IMG/VR virus record: IMGVR_UViG_3300034072_000758
Span: 248,001 to 312,000 of that record
Strand: one strand, 5' to 3'
DNA: 64,000 bases
Shown here: positions 27,853 to 37,383 of the stretch, in pieces
Position numbering within the stretch: the stretch's first letter is position 1
How the letters are laid out: each line of letters begins with the position of its first letter
The notes under the pieces: model-generated
The model's input: the letters and a program-made list of their open reading frames with translations, nothing else
Told to the model about the DNA's origin: nothing
Databases searched by the model: none
Program-made: the position numbers and the translations under genes

Positions 27853-29441
27853 TCCATGTTTTCATCATACTTTTCATTCAGGGCGCGCATCTGTTTTAAC
27901 AGGGGGCGGAACTCCACCGGACAGCTTTTAGCAGTCCCATCAAAAGAATCGCTATGTAAGAAATCCATGAATTTTTGGATAGTTAATGTTTCGGTATATT
28001 GTTTTGGATCACCGAATACGCGAAGGAAGGGAACGGCATTTGTGATCTTGCTTTTACGTGCCTCTCGAACAAAAAACAACGAGTTCTTTCTAAGTGTCAC
28101 TTGCGTGGAAACAATGCCAAGTTTTTCACAAATTTTCGAAAGAGCTTCATCATTCAGAGTTACTTGTTCGCATTGATTCTCATTAATTTCTATATTAGTA
28201 TCTGTGTCAGAAATACCATCGGCTTGAGTTCTAACAGCAGCGGTAAAAACCGAAGAACGATCATCGTCAGACAATTCTTCGTGCATATGAACAAAATTTT
28301 GAATGTCGCGTGAATAGAAATATTGACTGATGGGCTTGTTATCACATACTCGCGCAATTCGTCCGATACGTTGAATCAGACGAGAAATAGATTGCGTTGT
28401 AAAACGACTCAAAGTTCGACAATCGAACGCTAGTTCTAAGTCCGGTAAGTCGAAACCTTCTTGTAGCATACCAACTACGAAAATAGCATCCAGCGTTTTG
28501 TTCTTGAAATCGGCAATCCGATTTAAGGCGTGTGAAGTCTTACCGTGCGCGGCTCCCCCAAATTTTTTAATTCCGTACCGTTGAGCATACTTATTGAACT
28601 CGCGCGCAGCAAACTCGGCATCAGCGATCTGAGGGCAAAAGAAAATAGCTTGCTTGTTAGTATGACTAAATAGCTTAAAATACAGAGCGATCATTTCCAT
28701 ATGTCGAGCTTTGACAATGGCGTTCCGAGACTCGACTAAATTTACGCCAATCCCGTCTCTTTTACAAATCTTTGCCAGTTCCTCTAAGCTGTCGGCCTCG
28801 CGCGTTTCGATTTCTTGAAAATTTTGCCCCGTGGTATTTTGAAACTCTTCAATTTTCAAACGAAGTCCAGTCTCAACTTCGAGCATCATAACATCATTGA
28901 TAATACCATCATGGTAAGCATCGGTGAGGCTATAAGTGTAGGTGTGTCCTTCCTTCTGGCCAAGAAGTTTTTCCTCAGCAGCTTGAATCGTCGCTGACAC
29001 GTTGATGATTTCCATCGGGCGATAAAAATTCAAAATAGCCGGAATGCTGACGCTATCCTCGTGCGCGGCCCCTAAATGGCATTCGTCAAACATCAATCGA
29101 TTTAATACGTAGGATGGGTTATGTTTAATTTCAGAGTACAAAGTTTGCCATGTGGTGATACGCACTTTGCGACCAGTTGGGGACACGTAAATGTCAGGGT
29201 CTATCGGATCAACGGTGTATCCAAATTCCACAAACTTATCTTGGTGTTGCTCAACGATTTGGTTCATACCAACAATGATTATGTTGATGCCATCGCCAAT
29301 TGCTTGCTCAGAAGCATGATGTAAAAAAAAGGTCTTACCCGAACCTGTGGGCGCACTTACGTACACATGAGGTTTTTGTTCGATACGTAAAATACGATCA
29401 ACTGCCTCAAGTGCTTCTTTTTGCCACTTTCTCAATTCCAT
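27840..29441 (-). CDS. Superfamily 2 DExH helicase/ATPase
   Basis: LRKWQ, APTGSGKT, FDECH, SAT, MLQEGFDLP, QRIGRIAR. Confidence 0.9.
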   Translation of the reverse strand: MELRKWQKEALEAVDRILRIEQKPHVYVSAPTGSGKTFFLHHASEQAIGDGINIIIVGMNQIVEQHQDKFVEFGYTVDPIDPDIYVSPTGRKVRITTWQTLYSEIKHNPSYVLNRLMFDECHLGAAHEDSVSIPAILNFYRPMEIINVSATIQAAEEKLLGQKEGHTYTYSLTDAYHDGIINDVMMLEVETGLRLKIEEFQNTTGQNFQEIETREADSLEELAKICKRDGIGVNLVESRNAIVKARHMEMIALYFKLFSHTNKQAIFFCPQIADAEFAAREFNKYAQRYGIKKFGGAAHGKTSHALNRIADFKNKTLDAIFVVGMLQEGFDLPDLELAFDCRTLSRFTTQSISRLIQRIGRIARVCDNKPISQYFYSRDIQNFVHMHEELSDDDRSSVFTAAVRTQADGISDTDTNIEINENQCEQVTLNDEALSKICEKLGIVSTQVTLRKNSLFFVREARKSKITNAVPFLRVFGDPKQYTETLTIQKFMDFLHSDSFDGTAKSCPVEFRPLLKQMRALNEKYDENMEWIG

Positions 29442-29625
29442 GAGTCAATACTCCACATCAAATTATATATGCCTGAACATTAGAAAGATTTATTTTGATA
29501 GTCAATAAAAAAATGAATTAAGACAAATACATATAATCTAATTATAACAAAATCGCATATTCTGGTTTCAAGAAGAATCAATAAGAGACAGCGTTTTTTG
29601 AAGAATAATATGCTAAAATGGAATA

Positions 29626-29808
29626 TTACTTTTTCTTACTAAACAATCCAGCGATCCCGCCAATCAACCCAACCACGGCCAGAACGATCAGTGTAGCAAG
29701 TCCGAGGAAGCCAACGACCACCAACCCAATCGAGAAAATGATCATGTTCTCGATACGGTAGCCGTCGAAGTTGTTCTCAGCCTTGTCCAAAAAATAATCA
29801 ACCAGCAT
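29626..29808 (-). CDS. Small membrane protein
   Basis: Hydrophobic C-terminal half, KKK end. Confidence 0.45.
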   Translation of the reverse strand: MLVDYFLDKAENNFDGYRIENMIIFSIGLVVVGFLGLATLIVLAVVGLIGGIAGLFSKKK

Positions 29809-29809
29809 C

Positions 29810-30352
29810 CTATGTCCTCACCTTTAAAGGTATGTATCTAGCTTCTTCGTTGGTTAGGCCGAAATAATACTTCAACAACGACTGTATTGCCGACTTTTCT
29901 TTAGAGCCAACCACGTAGAAAATATGGAAAAGAGATCGCAAAATTACAACATATACACTTTCTCCACTTTGAGGAAGGCGCGGATCACTTAGTACCTTAT
30001 TATAAAGCTTGTGTAACGAAGTTGCTTGAAGCAAAACCGTTGTGAATTGATTATCATCCGGCATGCATTTTTGTCTGAATAAAAGTACCTTACCAAGATG
30101 TATCATGAGTTCATCTGCGGTTATGTTCTCAAAATCCATGACAGTCAGGTTGTTAAACTGGATACTATCTTCCAGATTCACAATGGAATATGTTCCGATC
30201 AGATTTAGTAATACCCATGCCAGCTTAATCAAAGACTCTGGATCGGTCGTCATTTGATGATTGGGATCGAAGTACCCATAAACTATGGACTGATAGATGA
30301 CCAACCCATCATTGGTATCGAACGTTATGTTACTATGTGGTGACATGGACAC
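29810..30352 (-). CDS. Hypothetical protein
   Basis: Operonic ORF. Confidence 0.55.
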   Translation of the reverse strand: MSMSPHSNITFDTNDGLVIYQSIVYGYFDPNHQMTTDPESLIKLAWVLLNLIGTYSIVNLEDSIQFNNLTVMDFENITADELMIHLGKVLLFRQKCMPDDNQFTTVLLQATSLHKLYNKVLSDPRLPQSGESVYVVILRSLFHIFYVVGSKEKSAIQSLLKYYFGLTNEEARYIPLKVRT

Positions 30353-30567
30353 TTCGAGTTATAGCAAACATAACCCATCGGGACGGTCCAGTCGAGATTA
30401 CAGACCGGGCAGTTGGAAGGAGGTGGAATATACGGGTCACCCGTAGTCCGATGCGGTAACGGGGTGGGAGGATTACCCGTGGGTTCCTCATATTCCTGTG
30501 ATAGAAGCTCGTCTAATTTCTTCTGGTTCATGGAAAGATGATACATTAACCATGAAGCAAAAAGCAA
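30325..30567 (-). CDS. Small Cys-rich protein (start likely MNQKK)
   Basis: CPVC...GYVC...CPC. Confidence 0.55.
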   Translation of the reverse strand: MLFASWLMYHLSMNQKKLDELLSQEYEEPTGNPPTPLPHRTTGDPYIPPPSNCPVCNLDWTVPMGYVCYNSKCPCHHIVT

Positions 30568-30578
30568 TAAATAAATTC

Positions 30579-31724
30579 ATGCGTTTACTTGAGTTAAAAC
30601 ATTCCGAACAAACTGTTGTACTGTATAGAGGCGACAATAAGCGTATCGATGTGTTTGATATTGAACAAACCGATATTAAGGCTCTGTTCGGAAAAGGTAT
30701 CTATTTGACTGATAGCAAAGTAGTCGCAAAGGATTACGCAAAGAAAGGCATTAATGTATTCTTCGAGGGTGATTACCCTTCTAAGAGTAAGAAAAGTCTA
30801 CTTAACAAATACTTGTTCAAAGTCATGATGGAAGAACTTAACCTTAAAGAAAAGGTCTACATGGCGACAAACAAAAAATATGAGCCGGAATTTCCGCGAT
30901 CTGGTCCTGAGCGGGTTCAAGCCATTGCTATGCTTAAGCTGGCAGTGAAGCACGTTGTTGCCGAGACGTTAGCTAAGGCCGTCACACTTTGGAATCAGCG
31001 TCGAAAGAATGTCAAGTTCCACACTGATACAACCGGGGCAGTCGTCATGATCGACAAGTCTGTTAAGGGGAGCGTATCTGAGTTCCACATTCCGACCGAT
31101 TATATGGCGCGTGTATTGGATGGCGAAGCACCCCTCCCAGACAAAGCTTTGAAGGTCGTTCGAGACACATTCGATGCCTTCCGTAGAAGCAAAGGTGGAT
31201 CAATCGAAGATGCTTTAGATTTTAGAAGTGTTGCGCACAAAGATAGCTTGGTCACTAAACATCTGAACTTCGATCAGTTCATAAAATACTATAAATCGCA
31301 TGGTTCCGAATATGCTTGGAGTGATGATGATGTGCGTGGTGGTGATAATCAGAACCCATCATTTGACTTCATCTTCAATGGTCAACACGCCGGGGAAATT
31401 TTAAAGATCAAAGAATTTCAGGATCATTTGATCGCGGGTCTCATGACTATTGGATATGTCGGTTTCAAATATGATGGTGGTATCCGCGCTGGGGGTGCTC
31501 TGGCTCGTGGCGGTGGTGGTTTGCGTCACACAGCGTATTCATTCTGGAACGCAGAATATATCAACGCACATCGCGTCAATGATGAAGAACCAGAAGACGC
31601 AAGAAACTATAATCCAAAGGTTACCGTTGACGATTATGAATTTGCGATTAACAGTGCTGTGGGCGAATCTGTCGAGATCGCCGAGACGTTCGATACGTCG
31701 CTTGATGTAAAATACAGAGGGTAA
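30579..31724 (+). CDS. Leader-bearing ART-like (polyvalent-protein type) protein
   Basis: AATAAATA-AATTC-ATG; MRLLE; LYRG...F...LFGKGIYLTDS..VA..YA; GYVGFKY. Confidence 0.65.
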   Translation: MRLLELKHSEQTVVLYRGDNKRIDVFDIEQTDIKALFGKGIYLTDSKVVAKDYAKKGINVFFEGDYPSKSKKSLLNKYLFKVMMEELNLKEKVYMATNKKYEPEFPRSGPERVQAIAMLKLAVKHVVAETLAKAVTLWNQRRKNVKFHTDTTGAVVMIDKSVKGSVSEFHIPTDYMARVLDGEAPLPDKALKVVRDTFDAFRRSKGGSIEDALDFRSVAHKDSLVTKHLNFDQFIKYYKSHGSEYAWSDDDVRGGDNQNPSFDFIFNGQHAGEILKIKEFQDHLIAGLMTIGYVGFKYDGGIRAGGALARGGGGLRHTAYSFWNAEYINAHRVNDEEPEDARNYNPKVTVDDYEFAINSAVGESVEIAETFDTSLDVKYRG

Positions 31725-32061
31725 GAATGGTGGATATGTTACCAAGATCGACATTGAGGGTCATCCATTTTTTGTCACGTTCTCTCCAAATGATAGCAAC
31801 GAATACCACGTCAGCTTTTATGATAAGAACTTCAACTTAGGAACAACCAATTCTGGCGAAGTTTCGGCCATGAAAGTTTTGAGTTCTATCGTAGATGTAA
31901 CCAAAAAGTTCGTGGATACTTATTCGCCCAACGCCTTGATCTTCGGCACGAGCGATGTAAAGAAGAACGCTTTATATGGCAAGATCGCTAAAAAGATTGG
32001 GGTACAATTACAAGCTCAATCCGGCCCTCACGGCGATTATTATAAGATTGAGCTTAACTGA
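31711..32061 (+). pseudogene. Frameshifted C-terminal domain of the 30579 gene (open +1 frame)
   Basis: The +1 frame is open from 31711 to 32061 and reads as a continuation of the domain starting at IAETFD. Confidence 0.5.
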
Positions 32062-32072
32062 CCAGCGCGCAA

Positions 32073-32477
32073 CTAACAATATTCGGGGCGCTCTGGCTGA
32101 ACTCCAAAGCAAACCATGAGACAGAGATCGTCTTGGAATTTTTCAACGTCCCCAGAGAAATACCAGCGAGCGCCGCCACCATGAATGATATTCCCGGTTT
32201 GCCAGTCGCGGTTCGAGATCGCTTCGTAGAACATCCCCGCACCTTGGGTCTCGATCCGCCATTCTTCGCAGAACATTGCGGATAAGCTGTCGCCGAAATA
32301 CAGGACGGTGAATGGCTTGCCTATAAATTCGATCACACACTCGCGGTAATTTTTCGCACAAATGATCAGGTTGCGCGGTTGAGGGATAATCTTTTCGGAC
32401 AACTTCTCACCGGTCTCCACAACATAGATAGCGTCAAGATCGATGTTGACAGGCTTATTTTTTTCAAACTTTAACAT
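32073..32477 (-). CDS. Hypothetical protein, C-terminal tail family
   Basis: FQDDLCLMVCFG near the C-terminus. Confidence 0.55.
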   Translation of the reverse strand: MLKFEKNKPVNIDLDAIYVVETGEKLSEKIIPQPRNLIICAKNYRECVIEFIGKPFTVLYFGDSLSAMFCEEWRIETQGAGMFYEAISNRDWQTGNIIHGGGARWYFSGDVEKFQDDLCLMVCFGVQPERPEYC

Positions 32478-33108
32478 GGTCTATCAACTCGTCACAGGCT
32501 TTGTTCAAGACCTCTTCGCGGGTGCCAGCGAAGGTATTCTCATGGCTCATTGGAGCATAGTAATCTCTGACCAGAATATTTTGTCTGGTCCCTATATCAT
32601 TGGCGACAACTATATCGGCCCCGGACTCACTGATTTGGCGGCGAGCCTTGGCTATTTGTGTGGTAGCGTCGTCATTGGAGGTCGTCTTGAAGCCGATCAC
32701 AAAGATGTCGGGCCGACGAAGCTTGATGTTGCTGATGATCTTCTTCGATGGTGTCAGGACCATAGTGTGTGGACCATCGCGGGATTGTAGGCGGGGCGCG
32801 GTCTTCCCGCTGGGGACTTCATCGATCTCGCCCGTAAAGTCACAGAGAGCCACGTTGAAAATCAGGGCCGATACGCCGGGATCGGTCAGGAGAGTGTTGA
32901 CGTAGATTTCCACATCCAGATTAGTGATCAATCCTGAATGATGATCCGCCATCTTGGTGAGAACCAGTTCCGGGTTACAGTGTTCCCGAAAATAGCTCAT
33001 GTAGTCGTACATATAGCGCGCTGTTCCACCGAACGCGCGTGTACACAAAGAAAGGTGGGCGCGAACGTCATTGAACGTTCCGCCACCCATGATTACGACT
33101 TTACTCAC
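32464..33108 (-). CDS. CoaB-like (DFP C-terminal, phosphopantothenate-cysteine ligase) protein
   Basis: VVIMGGGT...NVALCDF...VIGFK...DIVVAND; GTG start at 33108. Confidence 0.7.
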   Translation of the reverse strand: MSKVVIMGGGTFNDVRAHLSLCTRAFGGTARYMYDYMSYFREHCNPELVLTKMADHHSGLITNLDVEIYVNTLLTDPGVSALIFNVALCDFTGEIDEVPSGKTAPRLQSRDGPHTMVLTPSKKIISNIKLRRPDIFVIGFKTTSNDDATTQIAKARRQISESGADIVVANDIGTRQNILVRDYYAPMSHENTFAGTREEVLNKACDELIDHVKV

Positions 33109-33706
33109 CGATGATCCTTTGGAAAACTTCGTAGAGTTCTTCGGGCAGGGAGGTCCGGCGAGCGAAGAACGTTTTATTGAGCATGTAGCTACAACGCTTC
33201 GGATGATAGCGAGGTGTAGCCACCTTCGTTTCACCATGTCTGTTGACATAGGTTTCGATTTCGAGAAGTGAATTGTTCGTGATCAGGTCTTCAACGTCGA
33301 TCAGGTCTTGGTGTGTATCAAGGCGCAAAGGGGCGCTATACTTTTCAGTCTTGAAGATTTCACAAGCGGTCTTGATCGTCTCACCAAAGACAATATCCGT
33401 ATCGAGGATGCGAACGTTTGAGCCACGATAATTGATGTTGCCACACTTATGGCGTCGGCTTACCGAACCATCAGAGCGGAACACCCGCGATAGTTGGAAG
33501 TAAGGGATTTGGAGCTTGCTCGCTATGTGGCGGTCAATAGAGATCAATACTTCACCAAGTTGAACATCAAAGTCCTTGAGACTGATGTTGGTGTGATCGA
33601 TCAGGACCACGTTCATATTCGTGTGTTGCTCAATAGCTTGCTTGAGCTTTTCTTGGAGAGCAACACCTTCTGCGGTGAAAGCCCTCAAGAGGATTTCGGT
33701 TTTCAT
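33101..33706 (-). CDS. Hypothetical protein
   Basis: GGAGG RBS. Confidence 0.65.
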   Translation of the reverse strand: MKTEILLRAFTAEGVALQEKLKQAIEQHTNMNVVLIDHTNISLKDFDVQLGEVLISIDRHIASKLQIPYFQLSRVFRSDGSVSRRHKCGNINYRGSNVRILDTDIVFGETIKTACEIFKTEKYSAPLRLDTHQDLIDVEDLITNNSLLEIETYVNRHGETKVATPRYHPKRCSYMLNKTFFARRTSLPEELYEVFQRIIGE

Positions 33707-33769
33707 GCGTCATGACCTCCATGCGCTATATATCAGATATTTATAACACCGGTTGATCAATTTGGCAAG

Positions 33770-34207
33770 TTATTTTAATAACAAAGCCGTCATCAAAATA
33801 TCTCCGATACGTTTCTCGGAAATGAACCGATTATCTTCTGGCCATCTACGATCATAATCCCAGCGGTCAAAGAGATAAGCATGTGAATCTACAGCCTTCG
33901 TAGTATCGAATACATAATTTGCCACGTTGTCATATCGCGGAAGGCCATCATACAGATGAATTTCCTTTTGTTGTTCTGGGGTAATCGTACCCTCGAACAT
34001 GTATTCAACTTGAAAGTGTGGCCAAACGTTAAACTTGATCGTCAGATATACTTTGCCTTTGGGACCGAAACCCAAGTGCTCACGCTTGATGTCAATCCCG
34101 TAGGAACCACCTTCAAAATCAAATTTGATTCGTCTTGCCCCACTACCTAAAAAGATAGGTTCGGCCAGCGTGGCGAACGGTGCGACGTTATCAAATATTT
34201 TGTACAT
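33770..34207 (-). CDS. Hypothetical protein, C-terminal tail family
   Basis: Ends IGDILMTALLLK. Confidence 0.6.
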   Translation of the reverse strand: MYKIFDNVAPFATLAEPIFLGSGARRIKFDFEGGSYGIDIKREHLGFGPKGKVYLTIKFNVWPHFQVEYMFEGTITPEQQKEIHLYDGLPRYDNVANYVFDTTKAVDSHAYLFDRWDYDRRWPEDNRFISEKRIGDILMTALLLK

Positions 34208-34968
34208 TAGACCTTCAAATTCCTCGCGGCTTTTTCTTTCAGCATTTCCGCAATGAGCTTGGACATGTTGTCGTGCTCCGCAAGAAACCCTTCGACCATA
34301 TCGAAGAGGCGCTGGCCGCGTTCGCCATATGCCGACTTGTACTGATACAGATGCGAGCGCAACACCCGCATAAACTCTACTGTTCCATCCATGAAGTCGG
34401 GGTGAACGTTAGACGGCATCTTGAACAGCGTCCAGTTCTCGAATGTTTGCCAGATGCGGCTCAACAGTGCGGACGCGAGTTCCTTGGTGCTACCGTTATA
34501 GGTGGCGCGGTCAGTATAAAGATCAATGTTGTCGTAACGCAGCGCAAATTCCAGCGCTTCACGTTGGTCGAACGCCTTCTCGATAAACTCTTCGCGTGTC
34601 AGGGGCTTGTACGGGTCTTCGCGGACCATCACGCCGTTTGCGTCATAACCCCAAGTGTCCATAAACATGCCGATCATGGCAGACAGACGATTCGGATACA
34701 GTGTCGGATACGCCAGCAGCATATCCTTGATGTGATTCTCGAACAGATTACCGGGAAGAGGTTCTTGTTCCGGCATTGTGTCGGTTTCTTTAAGCGTGAA
34801 CGCCGAAATATAGAAGTCGCGGATCGCGCCTTCGTCATCGGTGATACGGACGGTTTCGCGGTCGAGCTTATTGCCGAACATGTCCTCGAAACCACGGCTA
34901 TGGACTTCATACGCACGACCGTGAGTCATAGCTCCCATTGTGCTACCGGTATATGTGGCAATAAGCAT
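34207..34968 (-). CDS. Hypothetical protein
   Basis: AGGAG RBS, TTGACA promoter. Confidence 0.7.
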   Translation of the reverse strand: MLIATYTGSTMGAMTHGRAYEVHSRGFEDMFGNKLDRETVRITDDEGAIRDFYISAFTLKETDTMPEQEPLPGNLFENHIKDMLLAYPTLYPNRLSAMIGMFMDTWGYDANGVMVREDPYKPLTREEFIEKAFDQREALEFALRYDNIDLYTDRATYNGSTKELASALLSRIWQTFENWTLFKMPSNVHPDFMDGTVEFMRVLRSHLYQYKSAYGERGQRLFDMVEGFLAEHDNMSKLIAEMLKEKAARNLKV

Positions 34969-35019
34969 GTGGTGGTCTCCTATATTGTATATCTCACAAT
35001 ATCACAGAAGACTAGATTG

Positions 35020-35283
35020 TCAAGTCTTCGGCTTCTTCTTATTTTTCTTATAGTCTTTGAAGAATTTGTCTATAGCTGGTTTGTGTTTGGTTTCGTGTAG
35101 ATAACCGTAACCACCGCGCCCACTATATCCACCCGTTCCCCTGATCGGGAAAACTTGGTTAGTAAGCGTCCAATCCAAAAAGGCGACGACCAAATCATGA
35201 TCGTCTTTTATACGGACATATACGGCATCGATTATTTTTACAGACATAATCCTATTATTAGGATTACGCCTCTTCGATGTCAA
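35020..35283 (-). CDS. Hypothetical protein (start likely MSVKI)
   Basis: Operonic ORF. Confidence 0.5.
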   Translation of the reverse strand: MTSKRRNPNNRIMSVKIIDAVYVRIKDDHDLVVAFLDWTLTNQVFPIRGTGGYSGRGGYGYLHETKHKPAIDKFFKDYKKNKKKPKT

Positions 35284-35482
35284 TATTTACTTTGACGACC
35301 GACTGACCATGATCGATTTCGTTGAAGATACCGTCGATTTCGGCATCCGTTTCCTTGGACAGATTTTGGGCGGTCAGACGAGAGAAGTTTTCGATAAAAC
35401 GAATCTTGGCGACACGCGCAGAGCCAGCCACGGTGTAGAGAAAGATACCGCCCGACTTCTTTTTGATAGCATATGCTTTCAT
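35264..35482 (-). CDS. Hypothetical protein
   Basis: GGGAG RBS. Confidence 0.55.
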   Translation of the reverse strand: MKAYAIKKKSGGIFLYTVAGSARVAKIRFIENFSRLTAQNLSKETDAEIDGIFNEIDHGQSVVKVNIDIEEA

Positions 35483-35554
35483 ATTTTATACTCCCGATAT
35501 AAATGATATAGTTTCACCTTACCACATGTTTTCTGGTTGTCAATAAATACACCT

Positions 35555-36202
35555 ATGCGTTATCACGAAATACTTAGAGAAAGCCGAGAAGCATCTTTGT
35601 ATCATGGCTATAAGAAGCCGGAACATGCTCGCATGGCTCTTGAGGCTAACGAAATGTTGGGGACAACTACTCAGCGCTGGTGGCCTAACGGGGTTGAACT
35701 CGTCCCCGAAGATGACCCTAAGTACCGCGAATCATACTGGATGAAGGGTATCTCGTTGACCCGCGATCTTAGCTACGCAGCGCATTGGGGAGACATTATT
35801 TTTGAACTCGATCAGCGCGCATTGTCTTACAATTATAAGATCATACCATTCAACTGGATGCGAGGTCGAGCACAGAAATATTCAGTCAATGATACGCAAA
35901 GCGACGTAGCTCACTTTAGAAAGGGTGAGCGCGAAGAGTTTCTGATCCTTGAAAAGGGACCAAATAATTACATGTTTCCGAAAGACCCTGAGTTCGATGA
36001 TTACCCGGAGTATGAACCGCGTTTAGACCTCAAGGCTTTTAAGACCCCAGCTAACAAAAAGCTGGCTCCATTGTCTCGCTACTTAAAAGCAATTTATGTC
36101 GAGCCGTATTTCATGAACAAATATCCCGAAACATATGACTATCAGTATTTTATTGATCATCCTAAATTCGGTGGATTTAAGTCTTTCCCGCGCAGAAAAT
36201 AA
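35555..36202 (+). CDS. Leader-bearing ART-like protein
   Basis: AATAAATA-CACCT-ATG; MRYHEILRE; LYHG...GISLTRD...EREE. Confidence 0.6.
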   Translation: MRYHEILRESREASLYHGYKKPEHARMALEANEMLGTTTQRWWPNGVELVPEDDPKYRESYWMKGISLTRDLSYAAHWGDIIFELDQRALSYNYKIIPFNWMRGRAQKYSVNDTQSDVAHFRKGEREEFLILEKGPNNYMFPKDPEFDDYPEYEPRLDLKAFKTPANKKLAPLSRYLKAIYVEPYFMNKYPETYDYQYFIDHPKFGGFKSFPRRK

Positions 36203-36235
36203 TATGCTATGGTCACTCGAAAATAGGAGTGTGTC

Positions 36236-36457
36236 ATGAAGTCTTGGAAAGACAGCAACAAAGAGTTTACGGATTACCTGAACGTTTATAACAAGGCTTC
36301 CGCCGAACTCAGCAGAAAGCAAAAGCGTTTCCTCGAAAACGTATTCGATGCCGGGGCGCTGGCTGATCTTCAAAACGAACAGCGCAAGTTCGACGCGGTG
36401 AACGAGGTCTATCTTCGTATGACCGAAGAACGCAAGCAGATGATGCTACATGGTTAG
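36236..36457 (+). CDS. Hypothetical helical protein
   Basis: AGGAG RBS. Confidence 0.6.
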   Translation: MKSWKDSNKEFTDYLNVYNKASAELSRKQKRFLENVFDAGALADLQNEQRKFDAVNEVYLRMTEERKQMMLHG

Positions 36458-36898
36458 GAAGTAAGTGAAGAGGTCTTCTTCATAGTCCTCTTCCAATACT
36501 CCATCAAAACGCTTGACTTCAAAATCATACAAATTGTTGCTATGGATACTTGCCAATATATCGGTTTGTTGGTTCGAAGAAAAGTTTTGTATCGAACATT
36601 TCAAGGTCAGCATTTCTTCGACTTTGGTTCCATCATATCGATAGTTGGGTTCGATTGATGATGAAGGTTTCGGTATGATGTTTGCCTTATACCCAAACAG
36701 AAACTTATCCGGGGCATAGAACCAGAACTGATAATGGCGTTTATGGTGAAAGTAGGTCACTGACATGCGGAAAGGTCGTGGGTGACCATGAACCACACGC
36801 CGCGCCGAATATGCGGTGAAGGTCGAATTTCGAGCGGCATGGAACGTATTCCGCTCCAATAGATGCCGCCAGATGTCATCATTCTTAAAAACGCTCAT
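36446..36898 (-). CDS. Hypothetical protein, C-terminal tail family
   Basis: Ends YEEDLFTYFLTM. Confidence 0.6.
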   Translation of the reverse strand: MSVFKNDDIWRHLLERNTFHAARNSTFTAYSARRVVHGHPRPFRMSVTYFHHKRHYQFWFYAPDKFLFGYKANIIPKPSSSIEPNYRYDGTKVEEMLTLKCSIQNFSSNQQTDILASIHSNNLYDFEVKRFDGVLEEDYEEDLFTYFLTM

Positions 36899-37383
36899 GA
36901 GAGCAAAGATAGCATAAACACATGATCTATCAAAGACTCTTCGGTCTTATCGACACATAATTTTGAATACATCGATTCAATTTCGAGACCATTATAATCT
37001 ACTTGTCTTGGAACTATACGGTTCTCGTCACTGACGACTCGCAAATGAAATGTTACCTTCGGCCCCGGCGTCTTGCTCATTCGGAATTTTATTACGAACC
37101 GCCCAAGTTGATGTACATGAGCGATGGCCACGATCCGGTGACCTTCATAAAACATTCTGACCTTGGCGCGGATACATTGTTCTATGTGTAGTTCCCCGGC
37201 AATTTCCGAGATAGTTGTCACACTATAGCGAGTGCCTAAGAGTGATCTACAGTAAGTAACCTTCCCGCGCATATCGATAAAATCGCTAAATCGATTGAAA
37301 AATCGAAGCCAAAGCTCCGCATCTTTCAGGGGAGAACCGTCAAGAACTTCGACGCTATTTAGCGGTATAGTCCACTTAGCCAT
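36895..37383 (-). CDS. Hypothetical protein, C-terminal tail family
   Basis: Start MAKWT; ends EESLIDHVFMLSLLS. Confidence 0.55.
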   Translation of the reverse strand: MAKWTIPLNSVEVLDGSPLKDAELWLRFFNRFSDFIDMRGKVTYCRSLLGTRYSVTTISEIAGELHIEQCIRAKVRMFYEGHRIVAIAHVHQLGRFVIKFRMSKTPGPKVTFHLRVVSDENRIVPRQVDYNGLEIESMYSKLCVDKTEESLIDHVFMLSLLS

